Shown: positions 16,828-26,309 of the stretch, one piece after another | Position numbering within the stretch: position 1 is the stretch's first letter | How the letters are laid out: each line of letters starts with the position of its first letter | Origin: Candidatus Magasanikiibacteriota bacterium | GTDB taxonomy: Bacteria > Patescibacteriota > Patescibacteriia > Magasanikbacterales > UBA922 | Direction: 5' to 3' | Length of the DNA: 62,420 bases | Assembly: GCA_018652595.1 (NCBI GenBank) | Contig: JABIBU010000008.1 | Location: forward strand, 1 to 62,420 | Notes under the pieces: generated by a model | Databases searched by the model: none | What the model was told of the DNA's origin: nothing | What the model saw: only the letters and a program-made list of their open reading frames with translations | Made by a program: the position numbers and the translations under genes

Positions 16828-17430
16828 TTAGGCGGATTTTTTCTTGGTAAATGCTTCTACAAAAGAAGACTTGTAATGATGGTAAACAGACGACGTCTTT
16901 CTTATTTTAATAACTTCAAAATCCTCTAAAACCTCATTCATGTATTCTTTCGAGAAAAAGTGTCTAATATGTTTTTTCTCAAACATATCTTGTCCAACTT
17001 GCTTGCCCTGTCCATAAAGCGCATCATCAATTGACTTGCATTTTACAAAAAAATAACCTCCTGGTTTTAAAATTTTAAATATATTTTCAAATAGCTTCTT
17101 TGTATTTTTATCATCAAAATAATGTAAGCTCAAATGAGCATAAATAACATCAAAAGAATTATTTTTAAAATCTATTTCAGACAAATCCTTTTTTATACAT
17201 TTTATTTCTGGAATACATTTTTTTATACCACACAAAGCTTCTTCAGAAAAATCCAAAGCTGTAACGTCATATCCTTTTCTAAAAAAATAAATACTGTCCT
17301 TTCCTTTTCCGCTACCTAGATCCAATACTGTTTTCGCCTTTTTATCTTTTAAAAAAACACAAACCCTCTTAGCAAAATTATTTGCCGACTCGAGTTCTCT
17401 TCCTTTCCATTTTTTATCCCAGTTATTCAC
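16828..17430 (-). CDS. Class I SAM-dependent methyltransferase (probable GTG start at 17430)
   Basis: VLDLGSGKGKD, VTALDFS, FDVIYAHLSLHYF, LKPGG; the longer track start overlaps the upstream gene. Confidence 0.85.
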   Translation of the reverse strand: MNNWDKKWKGRELESANNFAKRVCVFLKDKKAKTVLDLGSGKGKDSIYFFRKGYDVTALDFSEEALCGIKKCIPEIKCIKKDLSEIDFKNNSFDVIYAHLSLHYFDDKNTKKLFENIFKILKPGGYFFVKCKSIDDALYGQGKQVGQDMFEKKHIRHFFSKEYMNEVLEDFEVIKIRKTSSVYHHYKSSFVEAFTKKKSA

Positions 17431-17447
17431 AATTCTTAATTCAAAAA

Positions 17448-17951
17448 TTAAAACAACCACCGCAATGTTCCACCAGCAGAAAGAGTTATAATTGTCATAA
17501 TGGTAGCGGCCAGACACACACCAATCAAAATAAGTGGAAATGATTTTTTGAATGGGATTTTGAATATAAAAGCAGCCAGACTACCTGTCCAAGCTCCAGT
17601 AAACGGCAGAGGAACGCCAACAAATAATATGAGGGCAATTGCTCCATATTTGGCATATCTCCCAGAAAAGTATTTTTCTGCATCTTCTAATTTCTTCTTT
17701 AGTATTCCACCAAAAAATCTCTTTTCTATTAGCCAATCATGTAGTCGAGGTAACAACAATAATACAAAAATAGTAGGTACCATATTGCCAGACACAGCCA
17801 TAATCCAAGTCTTCATGACAGATAATCCATAGACCTCGAGACCAATAGGTACTGCCGCACGAAGCTCTGTGATAGGAAGCATAGAAAGAAAAAAGACTGC
17901 CCAATCAGCTGAGAAACCCTGAAACCATAGCTCTGGATGAATACCAAACAT
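17448..17951 (-). CDS. Small multidrug export family membrane protein (COG2426-like)
   Basis: SMLPITELRAAVP.G, LILFVGVPLPFTGAWTGSLAA. Confidence 0.85.
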   Translation of the reverse strand: MFGIHPELWFQGFSADWAVFFLSMLPITELRAAVPIGLEVYGLSVMKTWIMAVSGNMVPTIFVLLLLPRLHDWLIEKRFFGGILKKKLEDAEKYFSGRYAKYGAIALILFVGVPLPFTGAWTGSLAAFIFKIPFKKSFPLILIGVCLAATIMTIITLSAGGTLRWLF

Positions 17952-17955
17952 AATC

Positions 17956-18519
17956 TTAAAAATTTACTAAATGAAAAAAACCAAATGCTGCCAAACTATT
18001 AAATACTAAATTACCAACAAATAAAGCGAGGATCATGTATCTAAACTTGTATCCCAAAAATGCCATAGGTATAACAATAATTTCATTTGGCAATGGAACA
18101 AAAGCAGCATAAAACAACAAAACAATAATAAGTGCTCGCGGGTATCTATTGTGAATCTTTTCAAGTCGTGTAAATATCTTGAAATTCTTTTTTTTCTCCA
18201 TTGCAAAATCCCTACCAGCCTGCCCAATTAAAAATCCAAGCACATCACCCAGCATCATACCAGACGAAATAATAATAATAAGCAAATAAGATGTAAAACC
18301 TGCGTCTAGAAAAAATGGATAAAAACCAATAATAGGAACTGGTACTACCAAGTTAAAACCACTAATAATTGAAGCAATAAAAATTCCAAGATAACCAAAC
18401 TTCATTGCCAGCTCTTGGGCAGCTCCATTCCCTATTGCCCATTTATTCAGCAACACCACAAAAGCAAAAATGGCAATAATTGCTGTGATTTTTAGATAAA
18501 GTTTTAGATGTTTTTTCAT
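17956..18519 (-). CDS. DedA/VTT-like membrane protein (probable start 18519)
   Basis: Hydrophobic; G...GD.LGF.IG and F.PLPNE motifs; the longer track start overlaps the upstream peptidase. Confidence 0.65.
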   Translation of the reverse strand: MKKHLKLYLKITAIIAIFAFVVLLNKWAIGNGAAQELAMKFGYLGIFIASIISGFNLVVPVPIIGFYPFFLDAGFTSYLLIIIISSGMMLGDVLGFLIGQAGRDFAMEKKKNFKIFTRLEKIHNRYPRALIIVLLFYAAFVPLPNEIIVIPMAFLGYKFRYMILALFVGNLVFNSLAAFGFFHLVNF

Positions 18520-18526
18520 ATACAGA

Positions 18527-19570
18527 TCAATTTTCTGGCCATGTGTAATTATCAAATACCCACTCGGCCACATCTCTGGCTTCGGTAAATCTTGCTTCAT
18601 GAGAGTCTGCCCCCAATATAACCACATCCAAAATATGATTATCTTCGTTTTCTACACGAGTAGTAAAATTATATCCAGAAGCCACTATATATCCTGTCTT
18701 GCCACCATAGAGCTTATAAAAATCATTTGTTACCCAGCCCAGTAACATCCAATTAGTATTGTACATGTGATGACTTTTTTGTCTTTCATTTGAGTACAGA
18801 TTGTATTCAGGAGTAATGAGGGTCTGCCAAATCTTTTCTTGTTTCATTGCCTCATTTAAGAGCATTACGATGTCGGATGCTGTAGATACATTTTCTTCTT
18901 CTAGACCAGATGCATCAGCAAACACAGTGTCTGACATGCCCAATTCCCTTGCCTTGCCATTCATACGCTCTACAAAAGCTGGTTCTGGCCAACCCAATGC
19001 ATTTGCGAGACTCAAAATTGCTTTATTGGAAGATGCAATAAGGGCGGCGTTCCACAATTCTTCCAAGGTATACACATCTCCAGCATACATATGAGTGTCT
19101 AATGAATCTGGTCCTATTACAACCGTACTAGTTGTCCAATCAGGACTTTTTTCCAAAATAACTAATGCACTCATAAGTTTGGTTATACTCGCCATTGGCC
19201 ATTTGTCATATTCATTTTTTCTATATAACACCATCCCTGTCTCGTGATCTTTTACTATAATCGAATGTGCACTAAACTCTGATGCGATTAACATTTCGTT
19301 TTGTAACTCTGGAAGCTGGGGTCTCACTTCTATTGGAGGCTCCACCACCACATCTCCACCCTGTCCACTAAAAAAATCTTCCACTTGTGAAAATGGCTCG
19401 ATAAAGTTTTTTATTACTGATACCTCACCAACACTTTTTATATTTTTTTGTATAAAAAAACCACCCACAGTAAACACAAGCAAAAAAACTGCCAAAATAC
19501 TTCGCATGCGACCAGCTCTATCTTTTACAGGATCTCCCCCGTCAATATTTTTTATAAAATTAGGACCCAT
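18527..19570 (-). CDS. D-alanyl-D-alanine carboxypeptidase/endopeptidase (peptidase S11)
   Basis: SxxK (ASITKLM), SxN (SSN), KTG, G..DT.F.DASGL; N-terminal TM. Confidence 0.9.
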   Translation of the reverse strand: MGPNFIKNIDGGDPVKDRAGRMRSILAVFLLVFTVGGFFIQKNIKSVGEVSVIKNFIEPFSQVEDFFSGQGGDVVVEPPIEVRPQLPELQNEMLIASEFSAHSIIVKDHETGMVLYRKNEYDKWPMASITKLMSALVILEKSPDWTTSTVVIGPDSLDTHMYAGDVYTLEELWNAALIASSNKAILSLANALGWPEPAFVERMNGKARELGMSDTVFADASGLEEENVSTASDIVMLLNEAMKQEKIWQTLITPEYNLYSNERQKSHHMYNTNWMLLGWVTNDFYKLYGGKTGYIVASGYNFTTRVENEDNHILDVVILGADSHEARFTEARDVAEWVFDNYTWPEN

Positions 19571-19577
19571 AATTTAT

Positions 19578-20126
19578 TTAATTATTTTTTTCTAAACCTT
19601 CTAATGCTTTTTCTACGAACTCATGAGCGTGAAGTGTCTCGTAGTCTGGTAATTCAGACGCCACACTAACACCCAGATGTCGCAAAGCATTGGTAGACAG
19701 ATTATAGACTGGTAAAATTTTATCTTGTGCATCATTTTGTTCTGTGAGACCCCTCATCTGCAGATTACGCAATATCAAAGTACAATTAACCCCCCTGATC
19801 TGTTCTAGCTCTGGTTTGGTAATAGGACCTCTGTAAGCAATCACGGTAAGAGTCTCTAGCTGAGCCTTGGTAAGCTCGCCACTAACCTCATCTTTTACAA
19901 ACAGATCTACCACATCAATATTTTCTGGATTGGTAGCCATTTGAAATTGATTTGCTTCGTGCAAAATATGCACACCCTGATCTTCACGATTATACTTCAT
20001 TTTCAAAGTCTCCAAAGCCTCTTCTACTTCGGATACATTCTTTTTAGTGGCTTTTGCAATTTGTTTGGCTTCCAAAGGCTTGGAAGCAACAAATAAGATT
20101 GATTCGATTTGAGAAATTAAATTCAT
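19578..20126 (-). CDS. scpB: SMC-Scp complex subunit ScpB
   Basis: IESILFVA.KPL, LTKAQLETL.VIAY..PITK.ELEQIRGVN. Confidence 0.95.
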   Translation of the reverse strand: MNLISQIESILFVASKPLEAKQIAKATKKNVSEVEEALETLKMKYNREDQGVHILHEANQFQMATNPENIDVVDLFVKDEVSGELTKAQLETLTVIAYRGPITKPELEQIRGVNCTLILRNLQMRGLTEQNDAQDKILPVYNLSTNALRHLGVSVASELPDYETLHAHEFVEKALEGLEKNN

Positions 20127-20127
20127 A

Positions 20128-20820
20128 CTAAACTTTGTTTATTAAAATATCACTAAAATTCTTATTTTGTTTCAGGGCGACAGACTTACCCTTTACCAGC
20201 TCTAGCAAAGCTAGAAAGCCAATAATAACCTCTGTGCGATTCTTGCTATCTTGCAAGACTGAACTAAAACTTGTGTTTTTACCACTGTTCAAAATTTTTC
20301 TAATGCGCTCGATGGTCTCTTTTACACTTACATTCTTATCAATATGCGTCTTTGGCAAAGGTTTTGGTGGTTCTATCTTTTTTAGTAGATTTGCAAAGCT
20401 CTCTAGCAAATTATTAGTAGCTAGATTTTCTGAAGCCACAAATTCTTCTATTTTGCGTGGTGGCTCTGATCTAAAGACTGATCGATTTGGACTAAGCCAT
20501 AATTTGTTCAGTTTCTTGCTTGCATCTACAAATGCTCTATATACTCGCAACTGATCTTCCAGACTAGGACCTTCTTCTTCCTCTATTGCAAACTGAGGCA
20601 ATAGACGATTTGATTTTATAAACAAGAGTCTTGTGGCAACCACCAAAAAATCAGCAAAATCTTCTGGTTTTTTGTCCTCGATCTTATCCAGATGAACCAA
20701 AAACTGCTCTGTGACTTCTGACAAGGACAACTCAGAGACACTAAGTTTCTTATCATCTATAAGAGACAGTAGTAGGTCTAATGGTCCTGAAAATTGTTGT
20801 AGTTTGAATTCTGCATTCAT
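20128..20820 (-). CDS. scpA: Segregation/condensation protein ScpA
   Basis: F.GPLDLLL.LI, FLVVATRLL.IKS..LLP, FLALLELVK. Confidence 0.95.
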   Translation of the reverse strand: MNAEFKLQQFSGPLDLLLSLIDDKKLSVSELSLSEVTEQFLVHLDKIEDKKPEDFADFLVVATRLLFIKSNRLLPQFAIEEEEGPSLEDQLRVYRAFVDASKKLNKLWLSPNRSVFRSEPPRKIEEFVASENLATNNLLESFANLLKKIEPPKPLPKTHIDKNVSVKETIERIRKILNSGKNTSFSSVLQDSKNRTEVIIGFLALLELVKGKSVALKQNKNFSDILINKV

Positions 20821-22529
20821 AACTTTGGTGCAAATATCTTGTAATCTTTATTATCAAATTTTTCTTCGAAAAAATTATCGTCTATCAAATCTTGTGGAAT
20901 ATCAATTAATTCCTCTCTCATCTCATTTGGAAAGTTATCCAAATTGAAAAATAAAGAATATTTATCTTGATTTTTGAAAAGTATTAACAAGTCAATTCCT
21001 CCAAAAGGAGTATTTACTATTTTATCATAAAATTCCTCTTTTGTCTGTACCAATTCTAGACTCTTTAGATAATAAAATCTTTGAGAAAAATTAGCAGCCG
21101 GATGAGAGTTATGTTGATTAAAATAAATAAAATCATTTATAGGCAAAAATGCATGTAATTCTGGAATCCCCGACTGCAATATTGTCATCTGATAAATATC
21201 TTCGTAATTATTATCCAAAAATTCCACTATCTCGCCAGCCTCTCTGCCTGGCACAGAAGATCTATCACGAATTGCCAACACCCTGCTATCATCTACAAAA
21301 GTTCCAAACAAAAGCTGAGTGGACAAAAGTAAAACACCTACTATAGCGAGGCTTGCTTGCCACTTATTGGTTGGATATTTTTGTGTAAAATAATCAAACA
21401 ACCTCCCAATACCATAGGCAGCAGCCAAAGCCAGAATCGCTTGATCCCAAAAATGGAAACCTTTTGATTCTTGTAATGGCGAGGCAAAAAATAAAATAGT
21501 AACTAGCCCCATCAATTGCCACACATAGGAAGCGACAAATAGACTAAGCAATGCTCTTATATAAAAACGCCCACGATAAAATATCAAAGTGCAAAATCCA
21601 AAAAAAGACAAAAGCCCCACCAAACTAAAATCTAAAAGTGGTGCATGAGTAGAGAGCCATGACACAACCAAAAAACCCAATTGCCAATTTTCTGCACCAT
21701 AGAGAGAATAGCTTTTTGCCAAAGGCAACCAAAAAGGAGACGCTAACAAAATTGTAAGAATTGCAACAGAAATAAGACTAACATAATTTTTTAGACTTAC
21801 TCTTTTTTCAAATAAATTGAATAGTGCCACACCAATAGCAGCCAAGAAAAACCAAAAATAAAATAACAAAAATAAAACTGCTCCAGTAACACCAAAAATT
21901 AAACCTGATCTCCAATTAAAACCACGCTTCAATTCACTTAGCAAAAACACTGTCCAGAGAATTACCAAGCTAGCACTTATAAGTTCGTAAGGCTTTATAA
22001 TTATTGCGTCCCAACTAACAAAGATAAATAAAAAGAAAGTACCAAGCATCCATACCAAAGAAGTAATTTTATCACTATCTTGAGCCTTTCTTTTTAACCA
22101 ATAAAATTTTTGAGTTAGATAAAAAAAGATTGGAAATACCAAAATTGTACTAAAACTAGCTATTTTTGCAATCTGTATACCGTTCAAATCTAACAATCTA
22201 CCCACTAAACCAAATAGCCAGAAAAATAATGGTGGATAAAACGGAGGTAAAGCTGCATAAGCAAAGTCTCCCCAAAAAGGACCATGAGCAAACATCTCAT
22301 ACATTGCAGCAATAGTGATCTCATCTGCTCGTAACCCCCAAAACATCAAAGCGGTTCCTCTGACCAAAAAATAATAAGCCAAAGCAGAAGTAACGCTCAT
22401 TAAAATTACAAAAAATATTGGTTTCCATTTTTTGTAAATTCCAATAAGCCCAAGAGATACAAATAGAAAAAAACATAGCTTAACCAAAACTATGTGCTGA
22501 ATATCTGAATAAGAAAAAATAAAATCCAT
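20817..22529 (-). CDS. GT-C membrane glycosyltransferase, AftA (arabinofuranosyltransferase)-like
   Basis: About 12 TMs; GL..DE, D..Y..LPPFYPP.FFW..G, KPY and C-terminal H.SHP.A.F resemble actinobacterial AftA motifs. Confidence 0.65.
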   Translation of the reverse strand: MDFIFSYSDIQHIVLVKLCFFLFVSLGLIGIYKKWKPIFFVILMSVTSALAYYFLVRGTALMFWGLRADEITIAAMYEMFAHGPFWGDFAYAALPPFYPPLFFWLFGLVGRLLDLNGIQIAKIASFSTILVFPIFFYLTQKFYWLKRKAQDSDKITSLVWMLGTFFLFIFVSWDAIIIKPYELISASLVILWTVFLLSELKRGFNWRSGLIFGVTGAVLFLLFYFWFFLAAIGVALFNLFEKRVSLKNYVSLISVAILTILLASPFWLPLAKSYSLYGAENWQLGFLVVSWLSTHAPLLDFSLVGLLSFFGFCTLIFYRGRFYIRALLSLFVASYVWQLMGLVTILFFASPLQESKGFHFWDQAILALAAAYGIGRLFDYFTQKYPTNKWQASLAIVGVLLLSTQLLFGTFVDDSRVLAIRDRSSVPGREAGEIVEFLDNNYEDIYQMTILQSGIPELHAFLPINDFIYFNQHNSHPAANFSQRFYYLKSLELVQTKEEFYDKIVNTPFGGIDLLILFKNQDKYSLFFNLDNFPNEMREELIDIPQDLIDDNFFEEKFDNKDYKIFAPKL

Positions 22530-22533
22530 AATA

Positions 22534-22833
22534 CTATTTAAAAGGCAGTTTTTCTTGTCCTTGAGATAGGATAACTAGGGCCTGTTTTTTGCCTTTTTTG
22601 GTTAATTTTACATGCGTGATAAACCATTTGTGTGGGGTACGTTTACCAAAACCAATCATCAGCTCGCGGTCAATTAGACTTTCCAAGCTTTTTGTAATAA
22701 TACTTTCTTGATATTTTGGTAGAGCCTTTTGTTCTGGTGTTTTATAAAATTCCCGAAAAATTTTCCGATGAATTCTTCCCCCTTTTTCATAACATTGCAA
22801 AACAATGTATTTTTGAAGAGAGCTAAACTTCAT
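22534..22833 (-). CDS. Hypothetical 99-aa basic protein, possibly winged helix
   Basis: Compact ORF in operon context; C-terminal LTKKGKK typical of wHTH wings. Confidence 0.6.
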   Translation of the reverse strand: MKFSSLQKYIVLQCYEKGGRIHRKIFREFYKTPEQKALPKYQESIITKSLESLIDRELMIGFGKRTPHKWFITHVKLTKKGKKQALVILSQGQEKLPFK

Positions 22834-22961
22834 AAATTCACCTAATATCTAATTCCTAATTACTAACAAAATGACAAATATCTAATTTCAAATAGTCATT
22901 AAACTGGACATTGAAAATTTTATTAGAAATTAGGTTAATTAGAAATTAGAAATTCTCCGCC

Positions 22962-24734
22962 TCATTTATTACCGCCATCTTTCTTAATAATACTAATACC
23001 CAATTCCTTTAACTGACTATCATCAACGTAAGCCGGGCTTCCCATCATTGGCTCTTCGGCTTTTTGATTCTTTGGAAATGGAACTACTGTGCGGATATTC
23101 TTCTCACCAAGAAGGACCATTACCAAACGCTCAATTCCTGGAGCAATACCACAATGTGGTGGTGCACCATACTCAAACGCATCTATCATATGACCGAATT
23201 TTTCATCCACCTGTTCCTTGGTGTATCCAGCAATTTCAAAAGCCTTGTACATGATCTTTGGATCCTTGTTTCGAACTGCACCTGAAGACAATTCGAGTCC
23301 GTTGGCGATAATGTCATATTGGTAACCCAAAATGTCTAAAGGATTTTCATTTTCTAGAGCTTCCATGCCACCTTGTGGCAGTGAAAATGGATTATGAGAA
23401 AAATCAATCTTACCACTCTCTTCGTCTTTCTCATACATTGGAAAGTCTACTATCCATGCCCAACCAATAGTGTTTGGGTCGGACAACTCAAACTTCTCCC
23501 CCACTAGAGTTCGTACTGCACCCAAAGCCAAGCAACTTGTTTCCCATTTGTCGGCCACAAAAAATAGTATACAATCTTTTGTTACCCCAGCCAACTTGGA
23601 AAGTTCTGATAATTTCTCCTCATCAAAAAACTTACTCACTCCTCCATCAAATTTACCACCCTCGTACTTCATCCAAGCCAGCCCCTTAGCACCATGACGC
23701 TTTGCCCTGTCTTCAAACTCATCAATTTCTTTGCGAGTAAACTTCTCTCCGCCTGGTATCACTAAGGCACGAACAAATTCCGATGAGCTAAATACTTTGA
23801 AATCAGTTCCGCCTGCCCAATCACTTATGTCTTGTAATTTTAGATCGAAACGCAAATCTGGTCGGTCAGATCCATACTCTTCCATTGCAGTCTTAAAAGG
23901 AATTCTTGGGAAAGGTTTTTGCATTACTTTTTTGTCAGACACCTTTTCGGTAAGCTCGATAAACAACGGTTCAATTTCTTCAAAAAATTCTTCTTGTGTC
24001 AAAAAGCTAGTTTCCAAATCAAGCTGATAAAATTCGCCCGGAGATCTGTCGGCTCTGGCATCTTCATCGCGCATACAAGCCGCAATCTGATAATAACGAT
24101 CAAAACCAGCGACCATCAAAAGTTGCTTATACTGCTGTGGAGCCTGTGGAAGAGCATAAAACTTGCCTGGATGGACTCGGGACGGCACGAGAAAGTCTCT
24201 TGCGCCCTCTGGTGAGCTGACAGTCAAAACTGGTGTAGCAATATCTATAAAATCTCTTGCTTCCATATAGTCTCGAATATACTTTACAACCTTTGCGCGA
24301 AATAAAATATTATTTCGGAGTTTCTCACGACGGAGTTCTAAATAACGATATTTCAACCGCAATTCCTCGTCTTCATCACCTTTTTTGGTCTCAAAAATTT
24401 CAAATGGCATTGCCTTTGCAGTACTAAGAATTTCCAAGCCTGTTGCATGAATTTCAATCTCACCAGTAGACAAATCCTTGTTTATGTTCTTTTTATCACG
24501 CTTCTCAACCAAACCAGTAACCTTGATAACAAATTCGTATTTTAATTTTTCTGCCAAATCAAAGCCAACAACCTCATCTGGATTGAAGACTATCTGAGTC
24601 AGACCATAGCGATCACGCAGATCAACGAAAATAAGACCACCGAGGTCTCGGCGCTTATGAACCCAGCCAGACAGAGTAACTTCTTTTCCAGCATCTTTTT
24701 TGGATAGTTCCCCACATTTGTGTGTACGATACAT
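22962..24734 (-). CDS. aspS: Aspartate--tRNA ligase (probable start MYRTH at 24734)
   Basis: RTHKCGEL, RDLGGLIF.DLRD, LRLKYRYL, SPEGARDF, LPQAPQQYKQ, GAD domain, PPH.GIAPG. Confidence 0.97.
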   Translation of the reverse strand: MYRTHKCGELSKKDAGKEVTLSGWVHKRRDLGGLIFVDLRDRYGLTQIVFNPDEVVGFDLAEKLKYEFVIKVTGLVEKRDKKNINKDLSTGEIEIHATGLEILSTAKAMPFEIFETKKGDEDEELRLKYRYLELRREKLRNNILFRAKVVKYIRDYMEARDFIDIATPVLTVSSPEGARDFLVPSRVHPGKFYALPQAPQQYKQLLMVAGFDRYYQIAACMRDEDARADRSPGEFYQLDLETSFLTQEEFFEEIEPLFIELTEKVSDKKVMQKPFPRIPFKTAMEEYGSDRPDLRFDLKLQDISDWAGGTDFKVFSSSEFVRALVIPGGEKFTRKEIDEFEDRAKRHGAKGLAWMKYEGGKFDGGVSKFFDEEKLSELSKLAGVTKDCILFFVADKWETSCLALGAVRTLVGEKFELSDPNTIGWAWIVDFPMYEKDEESGKIDFSHNPFSLPQGGMEALENENPLDILGYQYDIIANGLELSSGAVRNKDPKIMYKAFEIAGYTKEQVDEKFGHMIDAFEYGAPPHCGIAPGIERLVMVLLGEKNIRTVVPFPKNQKAEEPMMGSPAYVDDSQLKELGISIIKKDGGNK

Positions 24735-24744
24735 AAATTTCAAC

Positions 24745-24773
24745 TGTCATTCCGAGCGTAGCCGAGGAATCCC
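24745..24773. repeat. Half copy of the GTCATT element in the aspS 5' UTR
   Basis: TGTCATTCCGAGCGTAGCCGAGGAATCCC about 10 nt upstream of the aspS start. Confidence 0.6.
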
Positions 24774-24900
24774 TTTCCACTGCAATTACATTCGGATTAT
24801 TACTAAATTATGTATGTATTTTACCAATTCTAGCCTTTTTTTGCAACCAAAAAGCCTGTTTTTGGCAGACTTCATTTTTTTGGCTTATTTTAGCAAAATT

Positions 24901-26199
24901 TTATGGCTTCAAACGATTCACCAACCTAGGAAAAGGAATACATTCGCGTATATGCTCGGTACCAGAAATCCAACGAACGGTTCGCTCTAACCCAATACCA
25001 AAACCACTGTGTGGTACACTGCCATACTTTCGCAAGTCTGTATACCATTCATAATCTTTTTCATCCAGATTCTCATCTTCGCGAATACGAGTCATAAGCA
25101 ATTCAAAATCGTCCTCGCGCTGAGACCCACCTATTAGCTCCCCCGCGCCCTCAATTCCGATAAGATCATTATTTAGTACGCGCTCAGGATTTTCTGGGTC
25201 TATTTTCATATAAAATGGCTTTATTTTTTTTGGCCACTTTTCAATAAAGACTGGAACTGCGCTGTCTTTGGTGAGAAGGCCCTCATCATCATTTCCCAAA
25301 TCTTCTCCATACTTAATATCACTGCCAAGTTCGTTTAATTTCTTTATTGCTTCTTCATAAGTATAACGGGTAAACGATTCTTCCAACATTTTTTGGAGGG
25401 GTGCAGTATCCCGCTCTAATACTTTTAATTCTTCTGTACAATTTTCCAAACATTTTTTTACAATTGCTTTCAATAGATCTTCCTGTATTTGCAAATTCTC
25501 ATCATGCTCTATAAAAGCACCTTCGGCATCCATCATCCAAAACTCAGTTAGATGGCGTTTGGTAGTAGATTTTTCGGCGCGAAATACTGGACCAAAATCA
25601 TAACAACGACCAACAGAAGCAATCGCTGCCTCAGCATAAAGCTGGCCTGACTGTGACAAATAAGCTTCCCCCAGATCAAAATATGGCACTGGAAAAAGTG
25701 TAGTAGTTCCCTCGCAAGCATTAGGGGTAAATATTGGCGAATCAGCCCTGATAAAACCTTGATCATGCAAGTATTCGTTGATAGCAGTCTCGATTATGTC
25801 ACGAATCCTAAGAATCGCCCATTGTTTTTTTGATCTCAACCACAAATGTCTATTGTCTGACAAAAACTCAGGACCATGCTCTTTCAACGCTATCGGGTAC
25901 TCATGCGCCACCTGTATACTTGTGAGCTTGCTAACTTGCAACTCATATACACCCTCTTTTTTTGGATGCGCTGAAACCTCGCCCACAACCTCTAAAGACG
26001 ATTCTTGTGTTAATGCCTCAATCTCTGCCCAAATATCGTCTGACAAGCTATCCTTGACTGCTACAGCCTGTATAAAGCCGGTACCGTCACGTAGCTCAAG
26101 AAAGGCGATTTTACCAGATGATCGCTTATTATATAGCCAACCCTTAAAGACTACCTCTTCTCCTACCTTACTAGATAAATCTTTGATAAATGTCTGCAT
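24901..26199 (-). CDS. asnS: Asparagine--tRNA ligase
   Basis: GWLYNKRSSGKIAFL.LRDG, RHLWLRS, CEGTT.LF, LSQSGQLY, RHLTEFWM, PHSGFG.GLER. Confidence 0.96.
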   Translation of the reverse strand: MQTFIKDLSSKVGEEVVFKGWLYNKRSSGKIAFLELRDGTGFIQAVAVKDSLSDDIWAEIEALTQESSLEVVGEVSAHPKKEGVYELQVSKLTSIQVAHEYPIALKEHGPEFLSDNRHLWLRSKKQWAILRIRDIIETAINEYLHDQGFIRADSPIFTPNACEGTTTLFPVPYFDLGEAYLSQSGQLYAEAAIASVGRCYDFGPVFRAEKSTTKRHLTEFWMMDAEGAFIEHDENLQIQEDLLKAIVKKCLENCTEELKVLERDTAPLQKMLEESFTRYTYEEAIKKLNELGSDIKYGEDLGNDDEGLLTKDSAVPVFIEKWPKKIKPFYMKIDPENPERVLNNDLIGIEGAGELIGGSQREDDFELLMTRIREDENLDEKDYEWYTDLRKYGSVPHSGFGIGLERTVRWISGTEHIRECIPFPRLVNRLKP

Positions 26200-26309
26200 A
26201 AATTAGTTTATTGATTTATTAGTATTATTTTACTAAATTTGGCTAAATTATGCAAGTTTAAAACAAAAAACAGCCTTTTTAAGACTGTTTTTTTATTTAG
26301 CTAATTCAA

